64,000 bases of DNA, taken from positions 435,162 through 499,161 of the forward strand of contig JANINQ010000001.1 in assembly GCA_024508675.1 (NCBI GenBank). The letters are read 5' to 3'. The notes beneath the pieces were generated by a model that saw nothing but the letters and a program-made list of their open reading frames with translations, ran no database searches and was not told where the DNA came from. Below are positions 1 to 9,891 of the stretch, piece by piece (the stretch's first letter is position 1; every line of letters starts with the position of its first letter). Origin of the DNA: Afipia sp. (GTDB lineage: Bacteria; Pseudomonadota; Alphaproteobacteria; Rhizobiales; Xanthobacteraceae). A program made the position numbers and the translations under genes.

Positions 1-683
1 GTGTCCGCGTCCATGCGCGAGCGCACCAGCTGCCCGACATACATGCCGACGAATGCGGCGATCATGCCGATCGTTCCCGGAATGAGGGTCGAGGTATTGA
101 GCAGTCCGGCGCCGGTGAGATTGTAGGCCTGCGCCACCGTTGCCGTGGTGAAGAACACGCCGAGCGCCTGGATCAGTTCGTCCTTCTCCATGCCGATGGC
201 CTGCATGAAGGGCATTGAGGGAATGACCTGAACGCCGGTCGCGGCGGAAATCACGCCGGTGATGACGCCGACAATGCCGCCGATCCATGTCTCGTTCCGG
301 CGCGGCACGCTGAAGCGCACCTTGGAGAGGCCGATGATCGCGTAGATCACCAGCAAGATGCCCAGCACGATGGTCCCGTAACGGGCATAGGGGCCGATCA
401 GCAATCCTCCGCCTGCCCAGACGCCGAGCACCGTTCCGATGAGCAAAGGCCACAACCGCCGCACAATATCGCGCAGGTAGGGGCCGACAAACGTCTGCCA
501 GATGTTGGTGACAATAGCTGGCACGATCACGATGGCGAGTGCGTGCGCAGGCGTCATACGTGTCGCGAGCAGGCCCATTGCCACCGTCGGCAGGCCCATG
601 CCGATGGTTCCCTTGACGAACCCGGCCAGGAGAAACACTGCAGCAATAATGATGAGGAGCGGATCTGACAGCGAGCTGGACAT
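1..683 (-). CDS. Sulfite exporter TauE/SafE family membrane protein (runs off the left edge)
   Basis: Manual minus-strand translation from ATG at 683: MSSSLSDPLLIIIAAVFLLAGFVKGTIGMGLPTVAMGLL, the AGFVKG..G.G TauE motif, then hydrophobic helices; divergent from a LysR gene. Confidence 0.85.
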   Translation of the reverse strand, partial: MSSSLSDPLLIIIAAVFLLAGFVKGTIGMGLPTVAMGLLATRMTPAHALAIVIVPAIVTNIWQTFVGPYLRDIVRRLWPLLIGTVLGVWAGGGLLIGPYARYGTIVLGILLVIYAIIGLSKVRFSVPRRNETWIGGIVGVITGVISAATGVQVIPSMPFMQAIGMEKDELIQALGVFFTTATVAQAYNLTGAGLLNTSTLIPGTIGMIAAFVGMYVGQLVRSRMDAD

Positions 684-777
684 GGCGCCACATTGACCTG
701 AAGCAGGAGACTGCACAATCTGGAGAATACGGAGTTAGCCTTCGGGTCTGGCGAAGGCGGTGTAAAGGGCGCGGGCC

Positions 778-1671
778 ATGCATTTCGATCTGGTGGATAT
801 GCGTCTGTTCGTGGCAGTCGCCGAGGCGCGCAGCATCACCCATGGTGCCGAGCGCTCGGCGCTGGCGCTCGCATCAGCCAGCGCGCGGATCAAGGGCATG
901 GAAGCGGCATTGGGTGTGCCGTTGCTCGAACGGCAGCGGCATGGCGTCCGGCTCACAGCGGCGGGCGAGAGTCTGCTCGATCATGCGCGTATCGTGCTGC
1001 ATCAGGTGGCCACGATGCAGGGCGAACTCACCGCCCACGCACGTGGTCTCAAGGCGCGGATTCACATGCTCGCCAACACCTCGGGCGCGAGCGAACACCT
1101 GCCGAAGGCGCTCGCGGCGTTTCTTGCAAAATATCCGGCCATCAGTGTCGATATCGAGGAGCGCGAGAGCGCGGAGATCGCCACTGCGCTGGCCTCGGGT
1201 GCTGCCGATATCGGCCTTGCAGTGGAAGCGATGCTGCCGGATGGACTTGAACGCTTTCCATTCTGCGATGATCGTCTTGTTCTGGTCGCCCCGGCGAATG
1301 ACGAGATCGCGTCACGCCGTCAAACTGGTTTCCGCGATGTTGCCGAACGCGACTTCGTCGGACTCACCGAGGTCAGCGCACTGCAGACCCATATCGCGAT
1401 GCAGGCAGCGAAGCTCGGTGTGCGGCTTCGGATTCGCGCGCGACTCCGGGGATTCGATGCGATCTGTCAGATGGTGGAGGCGGGTGTCGGCCTTGCGGTC
1501 ATTCCGGAAGCTGCCGCCCGCCGTGTCAGCCGTTCGGCGCGGATCAAGACGGTGCGGCTGACCGATCCGTGGGCCAGCCGCAGGCTCGCGATCTGCATGC
1601 GTCGCCGTCCGTCATTGCCGCGACCGGTACAGCAGTTTGCGGATCATCTGAAGGCATTTGCGAAGATCTAG
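778..1671 (+). CDS. LysR family transcriptional regulator
   Basis: N-terminal LysR HTH (FVAVAEARSITHGAERSALALASASARIKGME), 297 aa. Confidence 0.95.
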   Translation: MHFDLVDMRLFVAVAEARSITHGAERSALALASASARIKGMEAALGVPLLERQRHGVRLTAAGESLLDHARIVLHQVATMQGELTAHARGLKARIHMLANTSGASEHLPKALAAFLAKYPAISVDIEERESAEIATALASGAADIGLAVEAMLPDGLERFPFCDDRLVLVAPANDEIASRRQTGFRDVAERDFVGLTEVSALQTHIAMQAAKLGVRLRIRARLRGFDAICQMVEAGVGLAVIPEAAARRVSRSARIKTVRLTDPWASRRLAICMRRRPSLPRPVQQFADHLKAFAKI

Positions 1672-1689
1672 AATGCGGCGGTGTTGTCG

Positions 1690-2475
1690 TCAGGTCCCCT
1701 GAAGCAGCTTCATCGCGGCTTCGTGGATGCGCTTGTCGCCGGCAGCGATAATGCGCCCGCCGGACTGCGCAGGCGCGCCTTCCCAGGTGGTGATGATGCC
1801 GCCCGCGCCGGTCACGATCGGGATCAGGGCTGCGACGTCGTAGGGCTTCAGTTCGGTCTCGATGATGAGGTCGAGGTGGCCCGATGCCAGCATGCAATAG
1901 GCGTAGCAATCGCCGCCATAACGTGACAGCCGCACACTGGCTTCGACGCGTTCGAACAGCGCGCGATCCGGCGCCTGCATCAGGCGCGGGCTGGTGGTGA
2001 ACAGCGTCGCCTCGTTGAGCGAAGCACATCGCCGCACGGACAGCTTGCGCTTGCCTGACGCTCCCTCGTAGCGTGCAGAGCCGCCGTCCCCGCTGAAGCG
2101 CTCGCCGATGTAAGGCTGATGCATCATGCCGAACACCGGCGTGCCGTGGTGCATCAGCGCGATCAGCGTGCCCCAGATCGGCAGACCTGCGATAAAGGAT
2201 TTGGTGCCGTCGATCGGATCGAGCACCCAGACATATTCCGCATCGGCGCGCTCGGACCCGAACTCCTCGCCGACAATGCCGTGCAGCGGGAAACTGTCCT
2301 TGATCATCCGCCGCATCACGGCTTCCGCCGCGCGGTCGGCTTCGGTGACGGGATCGAGATCGCGCCCGGTATTCTTATTGTCGACGCTCAGCGAGGTGCG
2401 GAAAAAGGGAAGGATAGTATCGCCGGAGGCCGTTGCCAGTCGTCCGATAAAAGCGGTGAAGTCGATAACCGTCAC
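1690..2475 (-). CDS. hisN: Histidinol-phosphatase, inositol monophosphatase family
   Basis: IMPase motifs VTEAD, GEE, WVLDPIDGT, GGDCYAY, YDVAAL; HisN-like sequence. Confidence 0.9.
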   Translation of the reverse strand: MTVIDFTAFIGRLATASGDTILPFFRTSLSVDNKNTGRDLDPVTEADRAAEAVMRRMIKDSFPLHGIVGEEFGSERADAEYVWVLDPIDGTKSFIAGLPIWGTLIALMHHGTPVFGMMHQPYIGERFSGDGGSARYEGASGKRKLSVRRCASLNEATLFTTSPRLMQAPDRALFERVEASVRLSRYGGDCYAYCMLASGHLDLIIETELKPYDVAALIPIVTGAGGIITTWEGAPAQSGGRIIAAGDKRIHEAAMKLLQGT

Positions 2476-2871
2476 GGGGAGTCCTTTGTGCGCTGTGCGT
2501 GCCTGAAGTGTAAATGCGAACCCGTTACGGCCCTAATGCGGTTGGCATGATCACCAGAAATTTTGACCAGCGGCACTAATCCGATTGTTCATTCCTTACT
2601 TCGCGATTCAATGTGAAGACGAAAACGAAAGCCTCTTCGCTCAAGAATAGAATTTAATATTCACTTCATGGGGGCGAAAACAGGCTTTTTCGACAATTAT
2701 GACAAAGCCTATTTTCGCCTAACGTACTGTGAATAGAGGATTATTTCGCTCCGACGGGGATTTTGAACCGCAAGTCTGTTATGCATCCAGAGCATGGCGA
2801 TTCCTTTAAAAATACTTGCTCTTAGTGCGCTGCGGTTGCATATTGTTGCGGTGCGATAGCGCCTCGCGTTA

Positions 2872-2943
2872 TCGCTGCCCTCCTTGGGCGTTTCCTCCCT
2901 AGACTTGGGCCACTTGCATCATTTGCGAGTGGCCCTTTTTTCT
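2872..2943 (+). ncRNA. mmgR: MmgR / suhB (alpha-r8) family small RNA
   Basis: Hairpin GCCC-TCCTT-GGGC, then TTTCCTCCCT (2891-2900) and AGACTTG, then terminator GGGCCAC..GTGGCCC plus T8; lies between an IMPase-family gene and N-formylglutamate amidohydrolase, the recalled alpha-r8 locus; 5' end approximate. Confidence 0.85.
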
Positions 2944-3001
2944 TGGCTGCCCTTAGCCGCATGCCGGGAGGCTGATCAGCCAGCACAGCGCTTCAGAAAT
3001 T

Positions 3002-3895
3002 CTATTCGGCGGCGGCCTGGAATGGTCCGAGGCTGTCCAGCGGAATCGCAGCGAGTGCATCGGCAAGCACGATGAAGTCGTCAGCTACCTTGCGGAAATG
3101 CGGGCTGCGCTCGCGCCGCCGCTCATCCATATAGATCGCGCGATTGAGCTCGAGCTGAATCGTATGCAACCCGCTGGCAGGGTTGCCGTAGTGTTCGGTG
3201 ATGAAACCCCCGGCGTAAGGTTTGTTGCGGCCGACCGAGTAGCCCTGCGCCGTCAGCGTTTCCTCCACCACATCGGGCAGCAGGCCTGCGCAGCTCGTGC
3301 CGTAGCGGTCGCCGATCACGACATCGGGGCGCCTGGGTTCGTCGCGCGTTACGCCGACCGATGGCATCGAATGGCAATCGACCAGAATGACGGTACCAAA
3401 GGCCTGATGCGCCTTGTTGAGCAGGCGGCGCAGCGCGCGGTGATAAGGCTTGTAGAGCGCTTCGATGCGGTTGAGCGCCTCTTCCACATCAAGGCGCTCT
3501 GAATAGATTTCCTGCCCGTCGCCGACCACGCGGGGAATCGTCCCGAGGCCGCCGGCAACGCGCATCGAGCGGGTGTTGGCAAAGCTGGGCAGGCGTCCCG
3601 CGAACATTCGCGGATCAAGCTCGTAAGGCTCGCGGTTGACGTCCACATAGGAGCGCGGGAAATGCACGCGGACGACGGGAAAACCGCGTCCTGTCAAATC
3701 CGCGATGATTTCATCCATGAAGGAATCTTCCGAGCGCCGCAGTGCGGCCTCGTCGATGCGGGAGGCCGCGAGAAATTCACGCGGATAGACCGAGCCCGAA
3801 TGCGGGGAATTGAAGATGATCGGCGCGCGCCAGATCGCCGGCTCGATGATCTCGAAAGGAGGCGACAACGCGTCCTCGAACTGGGTCATTGCCAC
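3002..3895 (-). CDS. N-formylglutamate amidohydrolase
   Basis: SPHSG, EDSFMD, DVNREP, DCHSMP, GRNKPYAGG, QLELNR motifs. Confidence 0.93.
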   Translation of the reverse strand: MAMTQFEDALSPPFEIIEPAIWRAPIIFNSPHSGSVYPREFLAASRIDEAALRRSEDSFMDEIIADLTGRGFPVVRVHFPRSYVDVNREPYELDPRMFAGRLPSFANTRSMRVAGGLGTIPRVVGDGQEIYSERLDVEEALNRIEALYKPYHRALRRLLNKAHQAFGTVILVDCHSMPSVGVTRDEPRRPDVVIGDRYGTSCAGLLPDVVEETLTAQGYSVGRNKPYAGGFITEHYGNPASGLHTIQLELNRAIYMDERRRERSPHFRKVADDFIVLADALAAIPLDSLGPFQAAAE

Positions 3896-4125
3896 CTCGT
3901 CTCCTCACCACTCTCACCCGCGGCGTTATCCTCGCCGCTGCTGAAATGCCCGGCCGGCCAACACATTTCCGCCGGAAAAGCAGGTGTTTCGTTGATCATT
4001 ATTGAACGCAAACCGCACCGATCTGCCAATAGGAACTTCACCTTCACCCGAAATTTACTCTCCTGCGGGCAAATAGAGGGCAGGGGACTTCTCCATTCAC
4101 GCGATCAGACCACCAGTGACAGGCC

Positions 4126-4488
4126 ATGCAGCACAAAATTCTCCTTGCCGAAGACGATAACGACATGCGCCGCTTTCTGGTGAAAGCGCTGGAGAATGCC
4201 GGCTTCCAGGTCTCGTCCTACGACAACGGCCTGTCAGCCTATCAGAGACTGCGCGAAGAACCTTTTGAAATGCTTCTAACCGACATCGTGATGCCGGAGA
4301 TGGACGGGATCGAGCTGGCGCGCCGTGCCTCCGAGCTGGACCCCGACATCAAGATCATGTTCATCACCGGTTTTGCTGCCGTAGCGCTGAATTCCGACTC
4401 CGAAGCGCCGAAAAACGCCAAAGTGCTGTCCAAGCCGGTCCATCTGCGCGAACTGGTCAGCGAAGTGAACAAGATGCTGGCGGCCTGA
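4126..4488 (+). CDS. cpdR: Single-domain response regulator CpdR (ClpXP adaptor)
   Basis: KILLAEDDNDMRRFL, LLTDIVMPEMDGIEL, MFITGFAAVAL, SKPVHL, C-terminal LAA; next to tRNA-Val. Confidence 0.95.
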   Translation: MQHKILLAEDDNDMRRFLVKALENAGFQVSSYDNGLSAYQRLREEPFEMLLTDIVMPEMDGIELARRASELDPDIKIMFITGFAAVALNSDSEAPKNAKVLSKPVHLRELVSEVNKMLAA

Positions 4489-4537
4489 TCGGCCGCCGAT
4501 TCGGGGCAAATTTGCCCCAAAACACGGTTTCCTGTCC

Positions 4538-4566
4538 TTGCCTGCGGCTGCTCAAGCCGATATAGG
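4538..4566 (+). promoter_or_regulatory. Sigma70-type promoter for tRNA-Val
   Basis: TTGCCT-N17-TATAGG about 30 nt upstream of the tRNA. Confidence 0.55.
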
Positions 4567-4594
4567 GACGCATCCCGACACTGATGGTTTTTCA

Positions 4595-4669
4595 GGGCGC
4601 GTAGCTCAGCGGGAGAGCACCTCGTTGACATCGAGGGGGTCACAGGTTCGATCCCTGTCGCGCCCACCA
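4595..4669 (+). tRNA. tRNA-Val(GAC)
   Basis: GGGCGCG acceptor stem, TAGCTCAGCGGGAGAGC D arm, CCTCG-TTGACAT-CGAGG anticodon arm, GGTTCGATCC T loop, encoded CCA. Confidence 0.97.
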
Positions 4670-4692
4670 TTCCTTACCCTCCCAATCCAGAC

Positions 4693-4718
4693 GGAACCCC
4701 GGACGATCCTGCGGCGTT
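4693..4718 (+). promoter_or_regulatory. Sigma-EcfG (general stress) promoter
   Basis: GGAAC-N17-CGTT upstream of GGAGG RBS and ATG 4741. Confidence 0.65.
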
Positions 4719-4740
4719 ACCCATGCCGGAGGACGATCAG

Positions 4741-4953
4741 ATGCGGACATTTTTTGGAATGGTGCTGGGCTGCCTGCTCACCATCGGTTTTGTTTACATT
4801 CATGATTCGATGGCGACATCGACCGTGGCCAGTGGCTCATCTGCCGGTACGTCGCGCCAGATCGTGAACTGGGATGTCGCCGCCAGCGAGTGGGGACAGG
4901 TCAAGCAGAATGTTCACACCACATGGCTGAAGCTGACAGCCAATAACGGCTGA
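4741..4953 (+). CDS. Small hypothetical membrane-anchored protein
   Basis: GGAGG RBS, N-terminal hydrophobic helix MRTFFGMVLGCLLTIGFVYIH, followed by a terminator. Confidence 0.7.
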   Translation: MRTFFGMVLGCLLTIGFVYIHDSMATSTVASGSSAGTSRQIVNWDVAASEWGQVKQNVHTTWLKLTANNG

Positions 4954-4978
4954 CATTCGACTCATGCGATGCGGCGAG

Positions 4979-5005
4979 TCCCGGCAGCGATGCCGGGATT
5001 TTTTT
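4979..5005 (+). terminator. Intrinsic terminator
   Basis: TCCCGGCA-GCGA-TGCCGGGA plus T7. Confidence 0.75.
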
Positions 5006-5010
5006 ACGGC

Positions 5011-5334
5011 TCATACGTCTGTGGTTTTCTTTTCCAGCATGCGTGTGGCGCGTGCCCGGATCGTGGCCTGAACGCCGTGAGCAAGGCCCGCCAGCAGCCA
5101 GGGCAGCATCACTTCCAGCCGAACGTGATCCTCCGCCACATCAATAGTTCCGCCGACCTGCTGCTTTAGCGCCGTGAGCTGGAAGGCCAGCCGGTCGCGG
5201 CTCCAGATTTCCTCGTTGATCTGAAGAATTTTTCCGTATTCCGAGCGGACGCTGCCGAGCCCGGCTTTCAAACGGCGCGTGGCTTCCTCCTTGCCGAGCT
5301 TGTGGGGAATGGAAACGATAAATGGTTGGGCCAA
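5011..5334 (-). CDS. Polyhydroxyalkanoic acid system protein (PHA_gran_rgn-like)
   Basis: From TTG 5334: AQPFIVSIPHKLGKEEATRRLK...RLEVMLPWLLA, typical of this family; the upstream part of the 221-aa ORF is probably not real. Confidence 0.75.
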   Translation of the reverse strand: MAQPFIVSIPHKLGKEEATRRLKAGLGSVRSEYGKILQINEEIWSRDRLAFQLTALKQQVGGTIDVAEDHVRLEVMLPWLLAGLAHGVQATIRARATRMLEKKTTDV

Positions 5335-5490
5335 TGCCGTGCCTCGGAAATGGAACTCGCCTGCAAGACTATAATAATTCGGACCTCGCAGGCGGCAAAT
5401 AGCCGTCAGCAGGCCGCGCCGTTTCATGTTCATTAACGCTGGGATTCGTCCTGACGCGCGAGGGAGCCGATCTCGTGCTAACTTTCCGGA

Positions 5491-5688
5491 ATGCTCCGCC
5501 TTGTGACAGTCGCCTCTGTGCTGTCGTCGAATCTCGGTGCGCGTCCGGCACCGGTGATCGACACGACGGATGATTCTGCGACCACCTATTGGGCAACCAG
5601 ACTCAACGTCTCCTCCGACGATCTTGCCGCTGCCATTCAGGAAGTCGGTCCCTCGGTCGCCGCCGTGCGCCGGCATCTCGGCAAGTAG
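5491..5688 (+). CDS. DUF3606 domain small protein
   Basis: YWATRLNVSSDDLAAAIQEVGPSVAAVRRHL resembles DUF3606; start uncertain. Confidence 0.7.
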   Translation: MLRLVTVASVLSSNLGARPAPVIDTTDDSATTYWATRLNVSSDDLAAAIQEVGPSVAAVRRHLGK

Positions 5689-5769
5689 GCCAACGGCTCA
5701 GTAAAATTCGGAAGGTGGAGGAGACGCGCGTTGCCGCGCGCCTCTCGCTGCATCTTTTGGTCAGCACAC

Positions 5770-6138
5770 TTAGTAGTAGTCACGCAGCCGGCGGCGGCGC
5801 GGTTGCCGGTTGAGCATCAGGGCCAGCGCGAAGCCGACTGCGCCCGCGATGAGCAGCGAACCGAGCGGCTGTTCGCGAACCGCGGACGCGACCGCCTTGT
5901 TGCCGCCGCGATAAATTTCGCTGCCGGTATCGAGCGCCTCCCTGGCATAGTCACTCGCAGCATCGCCAATATCCCGCGCTGCATCTTTCGCCTGTCCGTA
6001 AAGATTTTGCACGGTTCCCGCGGCTTCGCGCGCACGGCCCGATGCCTCTGTAGCCGCATCTCCCGTTGCCCGGCCGAACGCGCCTTCCACCTTGCCTGCG
6101 GCGTCCTTTGCGGCGCCGGTGATCCGATCCTTGTCCAT
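5770..6138 (-). CDS. CsbD family stress protein with C-terminal membrane anchor
   Basis: MDKDRITGAAKDAAGKVEGAFGRATGD CsbD motif; EQPLGSLLIAGAVGFALA tail. Confidence 0.88.
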   Translation of the reverse strand: MDKDRITGAAKDAAGKVEGAFGRATGDAATEASGRAREAAGTVQNLYGQAKDAARDIGDAASDYAREALDTGSEIYRGGNKAVASAVREQPLGSLLIAGAVGFALALMLNRQPRRRRLRDYY

Positions 6139-6169
6139 TGTAGTGCTCTCCGGAAAATGATGGACGAGT

Positions 6170-6194
6170 AACGATCCGATGGGCCGCGAGTTCC
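6170..6194 (-). promoter_or_regulatory. Sigma-EcfG promoter of csbD-like gene
   Basis: Minus strand GGAAC-N16-CGTT, 32 nt before ATG 6138. Confidence 0.75.
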
Positions 6195-6235
6195 ACTCTA
6201 CGGCGAAAATGCGGGTGATGACATGCAAGTGATGA

Positions 6236-6260
6236 TGAACAATCCGCACGTTGCGCCGTT
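6236..6260 (+). promoter_or_regulatory. Probable sigma-EcfG promoter of DUF2171 gene
   Basis: TGAAC-N16-CGTT, one mismatch to consensus. Confidence 0.55.
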
Positions 6261-6286
6261 AACGGGGCTCAGCAATGGAGGCGCAT

Positions 6287-6517
6287 ATGGCAGACGTGTC
6301 GAAGATCAAGGAACATATGGATGTGATCGATTCCACCGGGAAGAACATCGGTCAGGTCGATCATCTTGAAGGCAATGACAAGATCAAGCTCACCAGGTCC
6401 AGTTCACCGGACGGACAGCATCACTTTGTCCCCGTGGCGTGGATCGATCACGTGGATACACATGTCCATCTGAAGAAGCCGGTCAACGATGTCAGTGCAT
6501 TGCAGGCAGCGTCGTAA
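6287..6517 (+). CDS. DUF2171 domain protein
   Basis: IKEHMDVIDSTGKNIGQVDHLEG.DKIKLTR..SPDGQHHFVPVAWI; GGAGG RBS. Confidence 0.88.
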   Translation: MADVSKIKEHMDVIDSTGKNIGQVDHLEGNDKIKLTRSSSPDGQHHFVPVAWIDHVDTHVHLKKPVNDVSALQAAS

Positions 6518-6533
6518 CGCCGGGCGAGATGCA

Positions 6534-6569
6534 GAAAGGCCCGCTCAACGAGCGGGCCTTTCGCTTTTT
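6534..6569. terminator. Terminator between convergent genes
   Basis: GAAAGGCCCGCTC-AAC-GAGCGGGCCTTTC followed by a T run. Confidence 0.8.
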
Positions 6570-6585
6570 GGATTAGATTGCTGCT

Positions 6586-7410
6586 TTAGCCTTTGATGAA
6601 GGCCAGCAGGTCGGCGTTGATCGTCTCGGCTTCGGTGGTGGGCATGCCGTGCGGGAAGCCTTTGTAAGTCTTCAGCGTGCCGTTTTTCAGAAGCTTCGCG
6701 CTCAGCGGTCCTGAATCGGCATAAGGCACGATCTGGTCGTCGTCGCCGTGCATCACCAGAACGGGCACCGCAATCTTCTTGAGGTCTTCGGTGAAGTCCG
6801 TCTGCGAGAAGGCGACGATGCCGTCATAGTGCGCCTTGGCGCCGCCCATCATGCCCTGCCGCCACCAGTTCTGGATGATGCCTTCCGACGGCTTCGCACC
6901 GGGGCGGTTGTAGCCGTAGAACGGTCCGGCCGGCAGGTCGCGATAGAACTGGGCGCGATTGGCCGCCACCTGCGCTTGCAATCCATCGAAAACATCTTTC
7001 GGGAGGCCGCCGGGGTTGGAAGGTGTCTTCACCATCAGCGGTGGAACGGCGGCAATGATAGCCGCCTTCGCGACCCGGCTTTCGCCGTGGCGCGCGATGT
7101 AATGCACGACTTCGCCGCCCCCTGTGGAATGGCCCACGTGAATGGCGTTTTTCAGATCGAGGTGCGCGGTGAGTGCAGCAAGATCATCGGCGTAATGATC
7201 CATATCGTGGCCGTCAGCTACCTGAGCGGAGCGGCCGTGTCCGCGGCGGTCATGGGCGATGACGCGGAAGCCCTTGCCGAGAAAGAACAGCATCTGAGCA
7301 TCCCAGTCATCCGACGAGAGCGGCCAGCCATGACTGAATACGATGGGCTGCCCCGAGCCCCAATCCTTGTAGAAAATATCGACGCCGTCCTTGGTCTTGA
7401 TCATCGGCAT
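6586..7410 (-). CDS. cpo: Non-heme chloroperoxidase / perhydrolase (alpha/beta hydrolase)
   Basis: [27 protein letters not shown] nucleophile, [14 protein letters not shown]; start set at MPMIKTKDG. Confidence 0.9.
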   Translation of the reverse strand: MPMIKTKDGVDIFYKDWGSGQPIVFSHGWPLSSDDWDAQMLFFLGKGFRVIAHDRRGHGRSAQVADGHDMDHYADDLAALTAHLDLKNAIHVGHSTGGGEVVHYIARHGESRVAKAAIIAAVPPLMVKTPSNPGGLPKDVFDGLQAQVAANRAQFYRDLPAGPFYGYNRPGAKPSEGIIQNWWRQGMMGGAKAHYDGIVAFSQTDFTEDLKKIAVPVLVMHGDDDQIVPYADSGPLSAKLLKNGTLKTYKGFPHGMPTTEAETINADLLAFIKG

Positions 7411-7678
7411 GACGCGTAACTCCCGTGACGTGAACAATCTGAATAAGCCCGGCGGCGGAAGTTTAGCCTTTTCTGATGGCAATTGCGCGACCGCCATTGG
7501 TCGCAGATGCATTGCATGACGGGCAGAAGCGGCTGGCAGCGGGTTCTGCAAAGGCCGCGCTGCGCAGGCCGCGGCACATCCAGTGCCGTGCCAACGTCCG
7601 CAGCGGTCCGCGCACGAGATGAAACAGATGGATCGCGTCGATCATTGGCGTTTCTCTATTTCATATTCCAGAAATGAG

Positions 7679-7709
7679 AACGGCGGTGCTGTCGGTCAGC
7701 ACCGCCGTT
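7679..7709. terminator. Hairpin terminator after wrbA
   Basis: AACGGCGGTGCTG-TCGGT-CAGCACCGCCGTT perfect 13-bp stem. Confidence 0.7.
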
Positions 7710-7714
7710 TGCTG

Positions 7715-8314
7715 TCAGCCGTGAAGCTTCTTCGCGGTTTCCGCGATGGTCTTGCCCTGATAGCGGGCCGCGGCGAGTTCATTGGCGCTTGGCTGGCGGC
7801 TGCCGTCGCCGTCGGTGATGGTGGTTGCGCCGTAAGGCGAGCCGCCGGTCACTTCCTTCACGCCCATCTGTCCTGCGAAGCCGTAGTTGAGGCCGACGAT
7901 TACCAGACCGAAGTGCAAGAGGTTGGTGATGATCGAGAACAGGGTGGTTTCCTGTCCGCCGTGCTGCGTGGCCGAAGAGGTGAATGCGCCGCCGACCTTG
8001 CCGTGCAGCGCGCCCTTCGCCCACAGGCCGCCGGCCTGATCGAGGAAGTTGGCCATCTGCGAGGCGATGCGGCCGAAGCGGGTGCCGGTGCCGACGATGA
8101 TCGCATCGTAGTTCGCCAGATCTTCGATCTTCGCGATCGGGGCCGCCTGATCGACCTTGTAATACGAGGCCTTCGCAACCTCGGGCGGCACCAACTCGGG
8201 CACGCGCTTGACGTCGACGGTTGCGCCGGCTTCGCGGGCGCCTTCCGCAACGGCATTCGCCATCGCTTCGATGTGTCCATAGGCGGAGTAGTAGAGAACG
8301 AGAACCTTGGCCAT
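7715..8314 (-). CDS. wrbA: NAD(P)H:quinone oxidoreductase WrbA
   Basis: [39 protein letters not shown]. Confidence 0.95.
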   Translation of the reverse strand: MAKVLVLYYSAYGHIEAMANAVAEGAREAGATVDVKRVPELVPPEVAKASYYKVDQAAPIAKIEDLANYDAIIVGTGTRFGRIASQMANFLDQAGGLWAKGALHGKVGGAFTSSATQHGGQETTLFSIITNLLHFGLVIVGLNYGFAGQMGVKEVTGGSPYGATTITDGDGSRQPSANELAAARYQGKTIAETAKKLHG

Positions 8315-8369
8315 GATGGCCTCCTTTGAATTTGCAGTTGAGTGGGTGAGTGGAAGGGAATGGATGCGG

Positions 8370-9068
8370 CTACGCCGCGTCCACCAGGACGAGTTCGGTA
8401 TCTTCGAGCGCGGTGATCTTCACCGAGGCTTCTTGCTGTACGGCGACGCCGTCGCGGGTGTTGGCGTGCACGCCATTGACCTCGACGCTGCCGGTGGCCG
8501 GCACGAGATAGCCGTAGCGGGTCTCGCCGATGGCATATTCGGCGGTCTCGCCGGCTTTCAGCGTGGTGGCGAGCACCCGCGCATCGGCCCGGATCGGCAG
8601 GGCATCGTTATCAGCCTTGAAGCCGCTGGCGATGGTGACGAACTTGCCGGACCGATCGGCCTTCGGAAAAGGCTTCGCACCCCAGCACGGCTGTCCGCCC
8701 TGTTGCGTCGGTTCGATCCAGATCTGGAAGATCTTTGTCGTCACCGGCTCGAGATTGTATTCGGAGTGGCGAATGCCCGAACCGGCGCTCATCACCTGCA
8801 CGTCACCGGCTTCGGTGCGGCCCTTGTTACCGAGCGAATCCTGATGGGTGATCGCGCCTTCACGAACGAAGGTGATGATTTCCATGTTGGCGTGAGGATG
8901 CGCCGGGAAACCTGTGTTCGGCGCGATCTCGTCGTCATTCCAGACGCGCAGGCTGCCGTGATTGAGATTGTTCGGGTCATAGTGGCTACCGAACGAGAAG
9001 TGATGCCTGGCCTTGAGCCAGCCGTGATCGGCGCTGCCAAGTTTGTTGAAGGGGCGAAGTTCAATCAT
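8370..9068 (-). CDS. Pirin family protein (YhhW-like)
   Basis: [47 protein letters not shown]. Confidence 0.93.
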   Translation of the reverse strand: MIELRPFNKLGSADHGWLKARHHFSFGSHYDPNNLNHGSLRVWNDDEIAPNTGFPAHPHANMEIITFVREGAITHQDSLGNKGRTEAGDVQVMSAGSGIRHSEYNLEPVTTKIFQIWIEPTQQGGQPCWGAKPFPKADRSGKFVTIASGFKADNDALPIRADARVLATTLKAGETAEYAIGETRYGYLVPATGSVEVNGVHANTRDGVAVQQEASVKITALEDTELVLVDAA

Positions 9069-9141
9069 GGGATGTCCCTCGGGTGAATCCGTTTGAAGAA
9101 GCGCCGGGAGCAAGGACTGCTCCCGGCATTATCGATCTCGT

Positions 9142-9891
9142 TCAGGCGCCGAACCCGCCATCGACATTGAGCACGGTGCCGGTCACGAACGAGGCGCCGG
9201 GGCTGGCAAGGAAAACCACACCGGCAGCGATTTCTTCCGCCGTGCCGTAACGCTGGAGCGCGTGCTGTGCGCGCTGCGCTTCCGCGAATGCGCCGTCCTT
9301 CGGGTTCATGTCGGTATCGATCGAGCCGGGCTGCAGCACGTTGACAGTGATGCCGCGCGGGCCGAGGTCGCGTGCCGCGCCCTTCGAGTAACCGACGATG
9401 GCTGCCTTGGTGGCTGCGTAGTCCGCCATGCCGGGGAAGGTGGCGCGGGTGGCAATACCCGAGCCGATGGTGACGATACGGCCGCCTTCGCCCATCAGCT
9501 TCGATGCGGTGCGGATTGCCGCCACGACGCCGTCGACATTGATCGCGTTCTGGCGCTCGAAGGCAGACGTATCGCTGTTCGGATCGTCCACCGCGCCGTT
9601 CACGGCAACGGCGGCGTTGTTGATGAGAATGTCGAGATGCCCGAAATCCCTGGCGACGTCGCGCACCAGCTGATCGACTTCGGTGGTCTTGCCCTGGTCG
9701 GCCTTGTAAGCCCTGGCTTCAACGCCCCTGGCTTTCAGTTCGCGAACCACGGCATCGGCCTTGTCGGCGGATGCGCTGTAGCTGATGGCGACATTTGCGC
9801 CTTCATCGGCGAGCGCCTTTGCGCTGGCTGCACCGATGCCACGCGATCCGCCGGTAACGAGAGCGACTTTGCCTGTGAGTGACTTGGTCAT
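9142..9891 (-). CDS. Short-chain dehydrogenase/reductase (BdcA/YjgI-like)
   Basis: TGGSRGIG, NNAA, YAATK, QPGSIDTDMNP. Confidence 0.92.
   Translation of the reverse strand: MTKSLTGKVALVTGGSRGIGAASAKALADEGANVAISYSASADKADAVVRELKARGVEARAYKADQGKTTEVDQLVRDVARDFGHLDILINNAAVAVNGAVDDPNSDTSAFERQNAINVDGVVAAIRTASKLMGEGGRIVTIGSGIATRATFPGMADYAATKAAIVGYSKGAARDLGPRGITVNVLQPGSIDTDMNPKDGAFAEAQRAQHALQRYGTAEEIAAGVVFLASPGASFVTGTVLNVDGGFGA

Noticed and set aside
4043-4057. CtrA-like TTCA-N7-TTTA upstream of cpdR
   Set aside because: Both half-sites are mismatched; plausible biologically but not supportable from sequence alone
4595-4720. Prophage or ICE integrated at tRNA-Val
   Set aside because: No integrase, phage or conjugation genes, and no attR copy noticed in the window
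7578-7596. Possible sigma54 promoter (minus strand TGGCAC-N5-TGGA) upstream of cpo
   Set aside because: Lacks the invariant -12 GC
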